A stretch of 64,000 bases of DNA, taken from a virus. Of this stretch, positions 52,077-61,556 are shown one piece after another. The DNA lies in IMG/VR virus record IMGVR_UViG_3300046167_000744, positions 1 to 64,000 of that record; one strand, given 5' to 3'. The translations under genes and the position numbers were made by a program. Position 1 is the stretch's first letter, and every line of letters begins with the position of its first letter. The notes beneath the pieces were generated by a model. That model worked only from the letters and a program-made list of their open reading frames with translations. It did no database searches and had not been told where the DNA came from.

Positions 52077-53618
52077 ATGATTATTACAACTATCTCTACA
52101 AGCGCTGGTGCAGCCTCATCGGTTGACAGCCTTATAAATCTTAACTCTGGAGGATCCCTACCCTCAGACGTAAACCTATATGCATCCGCTGCGGATAGCT
52201 CTGATAGCGCAGCTAACTTCAGCTTTAGCTGGCATCTTATCAGCAAGCCTAACGGTAGCTCTGCATCATTAAGTGATTCGCAGATCCAGAATCCCGTCTT
52301 GGAGGGCGTGGATATTTGGGGCGACTACCGACTGTTCTGTATCGCTACCAATATAGCGAGTAACGATACTTCTGAGGCTGATCCCATCAAAGCGCCTAAC
52401 TCAGCCTTCGTTCAGGTCCGTGTAAAATCTACACATAAGGCTCTCGTTAAACCTGCTGCTGGTGAGCGTGACTGGTTCCAATACGCTTATGAGTGGGTAG
52501 ACGCTATCGAGAGTTATGATCCTCTGATAGACGGTCACGAAGAGCGCATCACTATCCTAGAGTCCCAAGTAGGCGTTAACACTTTCGCTAACTTGACGGA
52601 CACGGACTTCTCCACCCTAGTTACTGGTCAAGTGGCTATTTATAACAGCGTGACTAGTAAGTGGGAAAACGGGACAGTGGCATCAGGGGCCTCTAATCTC
52701 TTGCTAGCTGATAGCGATGATAGCTTTACGTTGAGTATGGCTACAGGTCGCCTCACTCTTAGCGGCACCGCTAACGAGATTGAGGTTGTCGGTGTATCAT
52801 CTGCTGGCGGTGTAGTGATGAGCATAGGCCTACCTTCCCAGGTCGCTATCACGGACACGCTTCAAGTAGGCGGTGTGCTTAACGCTCAAGATGAGATTAA
52901 TGTAACAGGTAGTCTCAATATCCTGGGCGATGCCTATCTCACTGGTAAGCTCCGAGACTCAGCGTCACCATACGCTTATCTAATCGGTAAGGCTGATGGT
53001 TGGTATGAGAGCGATGATGGTCAAGAATCATCTGAATGCAAGCTGATGACACGCTGCACAGCTCCTGGCTCTAGCACTACAACTCGTGGCGGTGTGGTAG
53101 CTCCTAATGATAAGTGGAGCGGTTACAACTCTACAGGTAGATTACCATCAGTCCATATACTCAACTATAGTATGGCGGTGGAGCATTCAATCTACACTAA
53201 CAGTTCAGGTGATCCCAATGTAGACCATGTAGACGACACTATAAATAGCAATCAAACAGGTGTCTCTCAGATCACTATCCAAGAGCATATCCTGTTCCAT
53301 AACTCATCAGGCGGCGATATTCAGATTGAGGATATTAGCGTGGTGGTTATGTCAGGTGGTGACATTCAAGGGCAGCCTTATATCTTTGAGTTGACACGTT
53401 ATAACGATATCAATGATCTCAAGTCGTTGACTCAGGTCGCTACTGGCACGTTACTGACAGCGACTCAGAACAGTGCGTGGCTTCCAGCGGTTGCTGAAGC
53501 TACTAATGTTAATCAGGGTGTGCCTGCAGGTGGTTACTTCGGCTTGAGAGTTAATCAAGAGTCGAAGGTCCCTGGCGCTCGTATGATCGCCAATATCACA
53601 GCTATTAGAATACTTTAA
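52077..53618 (+). CDS. Tail fibre/receptor-binding protein with PKD/Ig-like N-terminus
   Basis: FSWHLISKPNGSSASL; LTDTDFSTLVTGQVAIYN; SGTANEIEV..IGLP segment shared with the long fibre. Confidence 0.65.
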   Translation: MIITTISTSAGAASSVDSLINLNSGGSLPSDVNLYASAADSSDSAANFSFSWHLISKPNGSSASLSDSQIQNPVLEGVDIWGDYRLFCIATNIASNDTSEADPIKAPNSAFVQVRVKSTHKALVKPAAGERDWFQYAYEWVDAIESYDPLIDGHEERITILESQVGVNTFANLTDTDFSTLVTGQVAIYNSVTSKWENGTVASGASNLLLADSDDSFTLSMATGRLTLSGTANEIEVVGVSSAGGVVMSIGLPSQVAITDTLQVGGVLNAQDEINVTGSLNILGDAYLTGKLRDSASPYAYLIGKADGWYESDDGQESSECKLMTRCTAPGSSTTTRGGVVAPNDKWSGYNSTGRLPSVHILNYSMAVEHSIYTNSSGDPNVDHVDDTINSNQTGVSQITIQEHILFHNSSGGDIQIEDISVVVMSGGDIQGQPYIFELTRYNDINDLKSLTQVATGTLLTATQNSAWLPAVAEATNVNQGVPAGGYFGLRVNQESKVPGARMIANITAIRIL

Positions 53619-53628
53619 GGAGGCTATC

Positions 53629-54528
53629 ATGAGTGAGACAGGCTTCGGCTCTTTGAGCTACGATCCACTACCAGAGTATAATGATTGGGGCTTCGGGTCA
53701 CCTACTCCTACAACTTTAGGAGAGACTCCAGTGGAGCGTGAGGTAGGCTTCGCTCGTGATACTGGATTCGGGTCACCCTTCGATAACTACCGCTACCCTG
53801 TAGAGTTGTTAGGTGAGTTTGACCTTATCCCTGATGATGGTGGTGTTGTCCTTAAGATAGCTGGTGAATGGGGCGAGCTATGGGACTACGATCAGTTTCC
53901 TACATTCCGTAAAGGCGCTGGCTTTCTAGGTCCGTTCCAAGTTCAATACATCAGTCAATCAACGGGCCAGACCTATCAGGCAGTTGGTGAGCGTCGGACT
54001 CGATGCTTTACTAACTACTCGATGGACATACTATATGCTGGTGTGCAGCCTCTACCGAGAGGCGATTATGATCTTCTGATCAGTTGGCAGGGGATCAACA
54101 CCATCATTATATCGGATGCGTTTACTGTCGGTGTTAGACCTAGAATCCCAGAGGCTTATAATATTAGGACGCACGTCCCATCGCATCTTAAGCGTGGGCC
54201 TCATATCTTAACGAACGATGTTATAGGTGAGTATGTCCCTGAGTCTAATCTTAGCCTTATACTTAAGTCAGTCGGTGAGGCTCTCCAGGTTATAGGCGGT
54301 AGACCTACTACGGGCTTAGCCTCAGAGCTGAATTGGGGCGACTCAACTATGGACGTAGAAAGCACTATCGGCTTCCCTGATAACGGCTCTATACTGATAG
54401 CAGGAATGGCCATAACTTACGGTAGCAAGACCGTGAGTAGCTTCGATCAGCTGAGCTATAGCACCTACTTCCCTGGTTCATTTTCTATCAAAGAGGAGGT
54501 ATCCTGCGATGTTACAGCCATTAAATAG
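53629..54528 (+). CDS. Virion/baseplate protein
   Basis: GFGS repeats; VESTIGFPDNGSILI. Confidence 0.55.
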   Translation: MSETGFGSLSYDPLPEYNDWGFGSPTPTTLGETPVEREVGFARDTGFGSPFDNYRYPVELLGEFDLIPDDGGVVLKIAGEWGELWDYDQFPTFRKGAGFLGPFQVQYISQSTGQTYQAVGERRTRCFTNYSMDILYAGVQPLPRGDYDLLISWQGINTIIISDAFTVGVRPRIPEAYNIRTHVPSHLKRGPHILTNDVIGEYVPESNLSLILKSVGEALQVIGGRPTTGLASELNWGDSTMDVESTIGFPDNGSILIAGMAITYGSKTVSSFDQLSYSTYFPGSFSIKEEVSCDVTAIK

Positions 54529-55363
54529 AATAGAGACGATGCTGAGAGAGACTTATACTCAGCTCGCTAAAGGTCAAGAGCTTAACCGTGTATCGGAGTT
54601 CTTCGGTTTTAGACGACCTCAGTATATTGAGGAAGACTACTGGCGCTCAGCTCTTAATGTAGCTCTGTTTAGCTCTCGTGGCACACCTGGTCCCATCTTT
54701 AGATTCCTAGAGGAAGTGTTCGGTGAGTGGGTAGATGGGATCAGCACCTACTCAGCGGTGGCTATCTCGCCTAACATTATGCAGTTCAGTGGCGTATCCT
54801 GCGCTCACGAAGGTCGCTACGTCAGAATCAATGGCGATCTTTACAGATCCTCAACACTCCGAGGCTCTTCACATCCTAATGATATAGTGTTCCACGCTGT
54901 AGACACTATGATGTTTAAGAAAGCAGCCTTTACACCTGGCGCTGCCTATACTCTCAAGTTCCTGCCCTTCGATATTGAGGAGCATGGCTGCGAGTATCGC
55001 ATCTTGATCGACAGCGGCATACTCAACTTCCCTAAATACTACGTCCCTACCAACGTGGCTGAAGATAGAGCTGGAGGTATACCGCTCAGCGGCCATATCA
55101 TGAACTTCTTCTCTACGGTGCTTGGTGAGCGTTACGGTAATCAAGAAGAGGGGGCCTATCCCATCTACCTGGCGGCTGAAGAGTTCCAGGAGCTTTTCTT
55201 CGACGCTATAGATATGATGCTAGCTGCTGGTGTGCATGAGCGCATCCTGGTCACTACCTGGTGCCAAAGTGAGGCTAGTATCTACGGTAGTATCTTCAAC
55301 CGTAAAGTCTATGGCAGCACAACACCTGCTAAACCCGATATCATTCAACCGTCAAGGAGTTAA
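54509..55363 (+). CDS. Baseplate wedge (gpI-like) protein
   Basis: AKGQELNRVSEFFGFRRP...RGT pattern. Confidence 0.55.
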   Translation: MLQPLNRIETMLRETYTQLAKGQELNRVSEFFGFRRPQYIEEDYWRSALNVALFSSRGTPGPIFRFLEEVFGEWVDGISTYSAVAISPNIMQFSGVSCAHEGRYVRINGDLYRSSTLRGSSHPNDIVFHAVDTMMFKKAAFTPGAAYTLKFLPFDIEEHGCEYRILIDSGILNFPKYYVPTNVAEDRAGGIPLSGHIMNFFSTVLGERYGNQEEGAYPIYLAAEEFQELFFDAIDMMLAAGVHERILVTTWCQSEASIYGSIFNRKVYGSTTPAKPDIIQPSRS

Positions 55364-55365
55364 TC

Positions 55366-55734
55366 ATGGAACCCGAAGTAGTTAAAGTCGTAACCGAGAT
55401 TAAAGATCTTCAAGTCCATAACGGACACTACTATATTGTGTTGGTAGCTAGCATCATCAGCTTCGCTATTACTTATATAGTTAAGCCGTTCGTGAAGAAG
55501 AAGTTTACCGATAAAGAGATGGCTAGCTCAGTCACTAGAGCTTTTGCAGTTGTTACTGGCGCTATCGTCGGCTACTCACTAGAGTTCCAGATTATTGATC
55601 TGTGGCTAGGTGCCGCAGCTGGTGGAGTCAACGCATTCATCGTCAAGATGCTCAAGAAGAAAGCTAACGCTCACTTAGGTGTGTCTGAGTCTGCTGAGTC
55701 TAAAGAAGGCTCTAAGGACGACTCTAAAGGCTGA
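55366..55734 (+). CDS. Holin-like 3-TM protein
   Basis: Three hydrophobic segments and a charged C-terminus at the end of the tail operon. Confidence 0.55.
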   Translation: MEPEVVKVVTEIKDLQVHNGHYYIVLVASIISFAITYIVKPFVKKKFTDKEMASSVTRAFAVVTGAIVGYSLEFQIIDLWLGAAAGGVNAFIVKMLKKKANAHLGVSESAESKEGSKDDSKG

Positions 55735-56069
55735 ACACTTGAGTAGGATCGAAGCATACCTTTGATCTCGCCTAAGTCTACCAGCATCTCGGTCGCCATT
55801 TCGTTCATAGCGTTGAGGTCTTCGTTGATACGGCGGTGGGTCTCTTCACGGGCAGTGACAGCCTCGCTCAGTTCCTTTGTGATTGTGTCTTTACAGGCTT
55901 GAGCTGTAGACGGTGTAGGGAAGGCAAAGCTGAACATAGATACTAGATTCGCCACGAGAGAGATGCAGACGAAGCGGCCCATGAGGTCGTGGTTCTTCTT
56001 GAAGTATTCGTCAACGGCCATGAAGAGGAACACGAAACTTACGGATAGTGCGATATATGATACGGTCAC
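55671..56069 (-). CDS. Two-TM membrane protein with coiled coil
   Basis: GTG at 56069 after AAGGAG; own promoter TTGCTG-17-TATACT at 56135-56107. Confidence 0.6.
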   Translation of the reverse strand: MTVSYIALSVSFVFLFMAVDEYFKKNHDLMGRFVCISLVANLVSMFSFAFPTPSTAQACKDTITKELSEAVTAREETHRRINEDLNAMNEMATEMLVDLGEIKGMLRSYSSVQPLESSLEPSLDSADSDTPK

Positions 56070-56151
56070 GATGAGTCTCCTTGAGTTATTAGGGTGTGTA
56101 TAGTAAAGTATAGCATCCCACATAAACTACAGCAAACTTTGGAGCAGAGTT

Positions 56152-56577
56152 ATGACAGATAAATATGAGAAGGTGAATGAGCCTCAACACTATCAGGGCA
56201 AGGACGGTATGACCGTTATGCAGATCATCCAGGCTTACGAGTGCAACTTCGCAGTCGGTAACGTGATTAAATACATGCTTAGAGCTGGCAAGAAGCCTGC
56301 CGAGGATGCCCTGGTCGATTTGAATAAGGCCCTTAAATACCTTGAGTTTGAGATTACTGAAAGAACACCTATCGAGAAGCGTGTTATCGGAGCTAACCTA
56401 CGCAGCACTCCTGAGAGCCTAAAGGGTTATGAGGAGATGGGTAGATATCACGCTGCGAGCTATACACCTGCCGAGGCTGATCCCTCGTTCGGTAATCCGC
56501 ATCTAGTCTTCAGAGATGAGTCGGAGCCTGTGCGTTCAATCATCGATTTGAGCGAGTTAGTAGACCATGAAGACTAG
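56152..56577 (+). CDS. DUF3310 (SaV-like) protein
   Basis: VNEPQHY, FAVGNVIKYMLRAGKK, DLNKALKYL. Confidence 0.85.
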   Translation: MTDKYEKVNEPQHYQGKDGMTVMQIIQAYECNFAVGNVIKYMLRAGKKPAEDALVDLNKALKYLEFEITERTPIEKRVIGANLRSTPESLKGYEEMGRYHAASYTPAEADPSFGNPHLVFRDESEPVRSIIDLSELVDHED

Positions 56578-56652
56578 AGCCACTACTGGACTATCCACTA
56601 GTGTTCTAACTTATGCTAGTGGAGCTAGTGGGCTATCCACTAGTGTTCTAAC
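56575..56652 (-). repeat. Tandem array C: 2 units (a further unit at ~56907-56938)
   Basis: 56615-56652 is identical to 30910-30947 (38 bp). Confidence 0.93.
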
Positions 56653-56656
56653 GGCA

Positions 56657-56938
56657 AATCTTTCTGGCAGGTGGCAGCCTGCTGGCAGGCCCTTTTCCTC
56701 AACAAGATCAAGAGCTTAGCCTACCAAATGCCAAAGTTACCTATTTTAAAAGAGTCTGGATCAACATATATATCTATAAGTATACTATATACAGATACAC
56801 CTATAATATATATGTATCGGCGTAGACTCTCGAAAAACACAAGTTTGGCAGAATCTTCAAAAACTGCTATGTTATCAACACTTTACACCATGCCACTTAG
56901 TTAGATGAGCTACTGGACTATCCACTAGCGTCACTAGC
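56657..56938. other. Origin-like element C
   Basis: TGGCAG x3 56665-56688; ATCAAGAGCTTA 56707-56718; TGCCAAAGTTAC 56729; AT core; AAGTTTGGCA ending 56850; TATCAACACTTTA 56873-56885; TGCCAC 56891. Confidence 0.65.
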
Positions 56939-56953
56939 AGATAAGATTTAACA

Positions 56954-57403
56954 ATGCGTAAGTTTTGCGGAAGACCTAACTGCTATGCCTCATATTATTG
57001 TGGCTGCGACCAACCTAAACAGAGGAGCCTACCCGTGTTATTACCTCAAGATATTATGATGAAGGTGAGCCAGCATTATTCTGAGCATATAGATGCTGTC
57101 CAGGAGGCTGCTGAGCTAATGTTTAACGAAGATGGTGTCGAGGCTCTCATGCAGCGGCACAATGCGTTCAAGGCTAACGTGAAGAGTCTACTAGATGTAG
57201 AGATGCTGTTCTGCGCTAACACCGCTGAGATAAAACCACCTGCGACTAACCTATTTAGCGTGACAGTCACCTGTGCAGGCGAGCCTATATTTCCAGATTT
57301 CATCGGCAAGCATACTAAACTACTAGTGGCTCGATGGGACGATACATATACAGGGCTTTATAGCCTAGACTCTTGGGAGGAAGATCATGACCCCTTATCT
57401 TAA
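56954..57403 (+). CDS. Hypothetical protein with Cys-rich N-terminus
   Basis: 149-aa ORF. Confidence 0.6.
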   Translation: MRKFCGRPNCYASYYCGCDQPKQRSLPVLLPQDIMMKVSQHYSEHIDAVQEAAELMFNEDGVEALMQRHNAFKANVKSLLDVEMLFCANTAEIKPPATNLFSVTVTCAGEPIFPDFIGKHTKLLVARWDDTYTGLYSLDSWEEDHDPLS

Positions 57404-57725
57404 TTTTATAATGGAGCATTGGCTCCGCATCCTGATCCACCTCTATATAGCTGTAGCCTGTTGGTTCTTTATAGATACTGCGCTCGGCATAGTATTCATG
57501 GCCCCTATCATCGGGTATGCGTATGCCGCCTGGTCAGTAGATATCGAGGAGGAGGGATTCTGCCTAGCTGTCTTTGTGGGTGACGAGTTTACAGAGCCAT
57601 TCGTCAATAAGCTGGCGGAGGATTGCCATAACGAGACAGGTAGAGACGTTAAAGTAATCATCGTGAAGCTGGACCAGGCTGATGATGAGGCTGATGAGGA
57701 GCTAGAGGTAGAGCTAGAGGATTAA
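57387..57725 (+). CDS. Hypothetical membrane protein
   Basis: Two TM segments, acidic tail, GGAGG RBS. Confidence 0.65.
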   Translation: MTPYLNFIMEHWLRILIHLYIAVACWFFIDTALGIVFMAPIIGYAYAAWSVDIEEEGFCLAVFVGDEFTEPFVNKLAEDCHNETGRDVKVIIVKLDQADDEADEELEVELED

Positions 57726-57794
57726 GTAATATATTTATTTATATCCGTAAGTGGGCGAGATCATTCAGTTTTAAAAAATAGTTGTCAAAAAGAC

Positions 57795-57822
57795 TTGCTT
57801 TTATTCCTGGAGGTATTATATT
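57795..57822 (+). promoter_or_regulatory. Sigma70-like promoter
   Basis: TTGCTT-16 nt-TATATT with an A-tract upstream. Confidence 0.6.
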
Positions 57823-57878
57823 TATATGTAGGTAAGCACTAACGCTTAGACTACAACCCACTCCATAGGAGAAGCCCA

Positions 57879-58379
57879 ATGGCTAAAACAAAAAGAGTCC
57901 GTAAAGACAGCATCGTATCGACCACTATGAGTTACAACAATCGAGTGCTACTCGACACTATGGCTGACGCTCGTGGCATGACACGCTCTGAATACATCCG
58001 CTACCTTATCCTCGCTGACGCTGAGCTTACTACACCTCGTGTTGTCGCTGACGCTATGAATGAGCTACTCGCTGGTGAGCGTGGTCGTCCCAAAAATGAT
58101 ATTGCGATGCTTGACAGCTTCCTAATCAATGAGTCTCAGGCTGAGTATGGTCGTCTGCTTCGTGAGTTCGGTATGTTTATCGGTCAGGACCCTATCGGTA
58201 ACTCGATCTTCCAGGATCACGAGGGCGAGCCTTGCATTGTGTGGAACATGACAGCCTATAACTATGATGATTTCATTCAGCTGAGCGAGGAAGACCGTAA
58301 AGATATACTCACCGCTAAGATCGAGCAGTTGAAGGATCAAGAGATTGCTAACGATGATATTAGGGCTAGACGCAAATGA
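57879..58379 (+). CDS. Ribbon-helix-helix DNA-binding protein
   Basis: LLDTMADARGMTRSEYIRYLI; GRP AT-hook-like motif. Confidence 0.7.
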   Translation: MAKTKRVRKDSIVSTTMSYNNRVLLDTMADARGMTRSEYIRYLILADAELTTPRVVADAMNELLAGERGRPKNDIAMLDSFLINESQAEYGRLLREFGMFIGQDPIGNSIFQDHEGEPCIVWNMTAYNYDDFIQLSEEDRKDILTAKIEQLKDQEIANDDIRARRK

Positions 58380-58618
58380 TAAACTTTATAAGAGATGGTC
58401 AGCTCTGGATCAACGTGACAGCTGAGCATGCTGAGCATGGCGGCATGGACCCTACTGAGTTCTACTGGATCTCAGGACTACCCAAGAAGCACTTCAAATT
58501 GAGCGCAGATGAGCTGTGCTGGCACTTCTCGCCTGTAGCGTATAAGAAGTGGCAAGAGACTAACCAAGTAAGCAAGCGATCTATGGATCGTATATTCGCA
58601 GACCTATTCTTAGGCTAA
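58376..58618 (+). CDS. Hypothetical protein
   Basis: ATGA coupling to the upstream gene. Confidence 0.65.
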   Translation: MINFIRDGQLWINVTAEHAEHGGMDPTEFYWISGLPKKHFKLSADELCWHFSPVAYKKWQETNQVSKRSMDRIFADLFLG

Positions 58619-58634
58619 GAAGAGAGAGATTATT

Positions 58635-58973
58635 ATGAATCCATCAAGTGACGTTGACGACGTGTGGCATACGATGTTTTCCGAGATATTCGGTGTTCCG
58701 CCTGTGCCTCTAGCACAACCTAAGCCGCAGCCTGCTCCTAAGCCTGCACCTAAGCCTGCACCTAAACAGGCTAAAGAGATGCATACCTATAGTGGTAAGA
58801 AGCTAGAGCATGGGTTTAACTCTGTATTCAACGTGTTCCACTGGTGCGTTCTAACCAACCTACACAACCTGGAGCCTGTAGAGTTCCACTACGCAGGCCC
58901 CGACGTAAAACTAACTGAGAAGGCTGCTCTGTCCTACGCTCAGTTCTGCCAAACACTAAAGACACAAGGCTAA
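58635..58973 (+). CDS. Hypothetical protein with PKPA repeats
   Basis: 12-nt CCTAAGCCTGCA-type tandem at ~58720-58765. Confidence 0.65.
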   Translation: MNPSSDVDDVWHTMFSEIFGVPPVPLAQPKPQPAPKPAPKPAPKQAKEMHTYSGKKLEHGFNSVFNVFHWCVLTNLHNLEPVEFHYAGPDVKLTEKAALSYAQFCQTLKTQG

Positions 58974-58977
58974 TAAG

Positions 58978-59268
58978 ATGCACTGGATGATCGCTGATTT
59001 CAGAGGTAACAACCTCGACCGTAATATGCGTAAAGACCCTAACCACGCTATCCGCTGTGAGATGTGCTGGAAGCCTCTCTATCCAGAGGCTGGCAACGTC
59101 AAGAACGTGATCGTTATTGATGATGATAACTTCGAGCTTCCCAACACTGAGGCAGAGCTAAGCACCTCAACAAGCGACGTTCCTATCGGACCTCGCTGTT
59201 ACACCGCACTCCGTAAGTCAGCTAAAACTCACGGATTTATTGTGAAAGTGAATACTGAAAATGTTTAA
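58978..59268 (+). CDS. Hypothetical Zn-binding protein
   Basis: CEMC...IGPRC. Confidence 0.65.
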   Translation: MHWMIADFRGNNLDRNMRKDPNHAIRCEMCWKPLYPEAGNVKNVIVIDDDNFELPNTEAELSTSTSDVPIGPRCYTALRKSAKTHGFIVKVNTENV

Positions 59269-60115
59269 AGGTTATACATACACCCTTAATGCAGCGGAGC
59301 GCCAGCTCGCTATTGACACAGGCAAGGCTCGCACCGCTAGAGCTAGAGGCGCTAAACTCGCTTATAGCAAGCTAGCTAAGGACCAATCGCAGGTGTTTAT
59401 TGATCAGAACGGCGCTGCTGGTGAGATTGTCTTCGCCGCTATGTTACTTGATCACGGCTTATATACTAAGGATCAATACAAAGCTGCCCTGGTTACGATC
59501 CGTGAGGCTGGGATCACGTCAGCTTATCAGAATCTTGATGATGGTGACTTGGTATGGAACGGTATGAAGATCGACGTGAAATGCACGGAGTATGTTGATG
59601 GGGGCCTATGGCTCACCAATAATAAGTTCTATGCTAAGAAGCTCGATGCCTACGTGCTTATCACTGGTAGCTCTACGGACTGGACCTACACCTTTAGAGG
59701 CTTCATCGAGTCTAGCTACTGCCTAACCTATTGGCTCAAATCTCAAATTAGTGACGCTCAGGGCCTGCGACTAATAGATCGTTGGAAGCCAGCCTATTTC
59801 TATCAGCGAGAGCTGAACAACCTATGCGAGTCTGTCAGTATCATGAAGGCTGAAGAGACTGCTTATATCCGCAATATCCGAGAGGTTGAAGACCCTAGAG
59901 CCGAGGCTAAGTTCGTTAAAGAGCTAGGCGTGGAGAGTGAGTTCTGGGACCAATGGATAGCCGCTTGCTCTGGTTACTTCGATGAACCGTCGGACTTTTT
60001 TAACGTGATTGATATGGTAGCTGACCAACTCAGTGACGAACTTGCGACCGCAGAGGCACATATTGACGATCTTATAAAGCTGCGGAAGGAAGAGGGAATC
60101 GTAACACCTGCGTAG
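59261..60115 (+). CDS. Putative restriction-endonuclease-fold protein
   Basis: GAAGEIVFA...DDGDL...IDVKCT. Confidence 0.55.
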   Translation: MFKGYTYTLNAAERQLAIDTGKARTARARGAKLAYSKLAKDQSQVFIDQNGAAGEIVFAAMLLDHGLYTKDQYKAALVTIREAGITSAYQNLDDGDLVWNGMKIDVKCTEYVDGGLWLTNNKFYAKKLDAYVLITGSSTDWTYTFRGFIESSYCLTYWLKSQISDAQGLRLIDRWKPAYFYQRELNNLCESVSIMKAEETAYIRNIREVEDPRAEAKFVKELGVESEFWDQWIAACSGYFDEPSDFFNVIDMVADQLSDELATAEAHIDDLIKLRKEEGIVTPA

Positions 60116-60197
60116 GACCTGCTGCGTAATCACTAGCACCTTGATAGGGTTGGTATGGTATGCTTGAGTATACCCTGACTGACTTTGTGGAGGTTCT

Positions 60198-61076
60198 ATG
60201 TTCGATATACAACATATTGAGGTGCCAGGTAAGCTGATTGACGAGCTACACCGAGAAGGCACAATCAACAGAGAGGCCACTATTGATCCTACAGCGGATG
60301 ATGGTGGCTTTTATCTTTTAACGGCTGGTAAGAAGTCAGCACTAGGTGTGGCTATAGGAGACAGTATACAGCGTGTGGTGGAGAAGGGCATGGATTGGCA
60401 AGGTATTAAGCCTAGAGATAAGGCTCAGCTCTGCATGTTCCACTCTCTATCCAACTTCGATCTCACGGTAGTGCTAGGCGCTGCAGGGACAGGGAAGACC
60501 ACTGTAGCTACAGCCTATGCACTGCATCAGTTCTTTAGGCATGAGAAGAAGATCGTGCTTAGTAAGCCGTCTTGCTTTGTAGGTGGTCGATCCAACGCTA
60601 TCGCAGCGGTCCCTGGTGATGCACGAGAGAAGATAGCTCCATACGTAGAGTCTTTTATGGGTGCGTTGCGCTCCATATTAGGGGATCATGCGGAGCATCA
60701 CCTCTATGAGATGGAGGAGAAAGGCAACTTGATGTTCCAGCCTCTGGAGCTTATCCGAGGTCTGAACTTCGATAACCATATCGTTATCATTGATGAGGCT
60801 CAGAATACCACCGCTCATGAGCTGCTATCGCTTATTAGTAGAGTTGGGCAGCATAGCCAGTGTATAGTGATGGGCGATCCATCTCAGATAGATATGGATA
60901 TCACCTGGCAGGAATCAGGACTGCGTAAGCTATTACAGAGTGACTCGTTCTACGACGACCCTATATGCCAGGCTATCAAACTTAAAGCTCAATACCGTGG
61001 GCCACTCGCTGAGCTGGCTCAGGATGTATTGGACGAGTTACTAGGAGACGAAGATGATATCAATCATTATAAGTAG
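60198..61076 (+). CDS. phoH: PhoH-like ATPase
   Basis: GAAGTGKT, RGLNF, IIDEAQN, SRVG, GDPSQID. Confidence 0.93.
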   Translation: MFDIQHIEVPGKLIDELHREGTINREATIDPTADDGGFYLLTAGKKSALGVAIGDSIQRVVEKGMDWQGIKPRDKAQLCMFHSLSNFDLTVVLGAAGTGKTTVATAYALHQFFRHEKKIVLSKPSCFVGGRSNAIAAVPGDAREKIAPYVESFMGALRSILGDHAEHHLYEMEEKGNLMFQPLELIRGLNFDNHIVIIDEAQNTTAHELLSLISRVGQHSQCIVMGDPSQIDMDITWQESGLRKLLQSDSFYDDPICQAIKLKAQYRGPLAELAQDVLDELLGDEDDINHYK

Positions 61077-61329
61077 CGCTGTGCTTATCATTGTAGGGTT
61101 TATAGCTAATATGCTCTGCTTCTCTTTTAGATTGCGGAGCAGCTGGCTAAAGGAAGACCTCAGAGACATGCAGAAAGAGCATAATGAGCGCCTGGAGCGC
61201 CTACAGGAAGCTAGTGCTAGGCTCAGGACCGATGTAAATAAGTTAACCAGTCGAATGACAGGTGTTGAGATCGAGCTACATCAGCTAGGTGTTAAGAGTG
61301 ACCTGGACTATGGTAGGGAAGATCCCTAA
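61054..61329 (+). CDS. Small TM + coiled-coil protein
   Basis: N-terminal hydrophobic helix. Confidence 0.6.
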   Translation: MISIIISSAVLIIVGFIANMLCFSFRLRSSWLKEDLRDMQKEHNERLERLQEASARLRTDVNKLTSRMTGVEIELHQLGVKSDLDYGREDP

Positions 61330-61547
61330 GCCTTGCGTTTACGCTTCCTTGGTAGAGCTGGTTTCTCACCTTCGGCGTAATAGCCTATGTTGTCACGGAT
61401 GGTGATCAGGCAGGTTTTACACATACCTGTCGTGCCGTTATCCCAGACTAAGCCCCAATTATTCTTATACTTAGGCAGGACCTCGCTGCAGCTGGTGCAA
61501 TGCCCGTCCTGTCTCGGTATTCTACTACTGGCGCTACGTCGTGACAT
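61326..61547 (-). CDS. Small Zn-finger protein
   Basis: CTSC...CKTC; AGGAG RBS. Confidence 0.6.
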   Translation of the reverse strand: MSRRSASSRIPRQDGHCTSCSEVLPKYKNNWGLVWDNGTTGMCKTCLITIRDNIGYYAEGEKPALPRKRKRKA

Positions 61548-61556
61548 AAATGGCTC

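Noticed and set aside
56671-56904. 77-aa ORF, and the similar 31329-31571 ORF
   Set aside because: The first lies across element C, whose homologous copies are non-coding; the second is antisense to a real gene.
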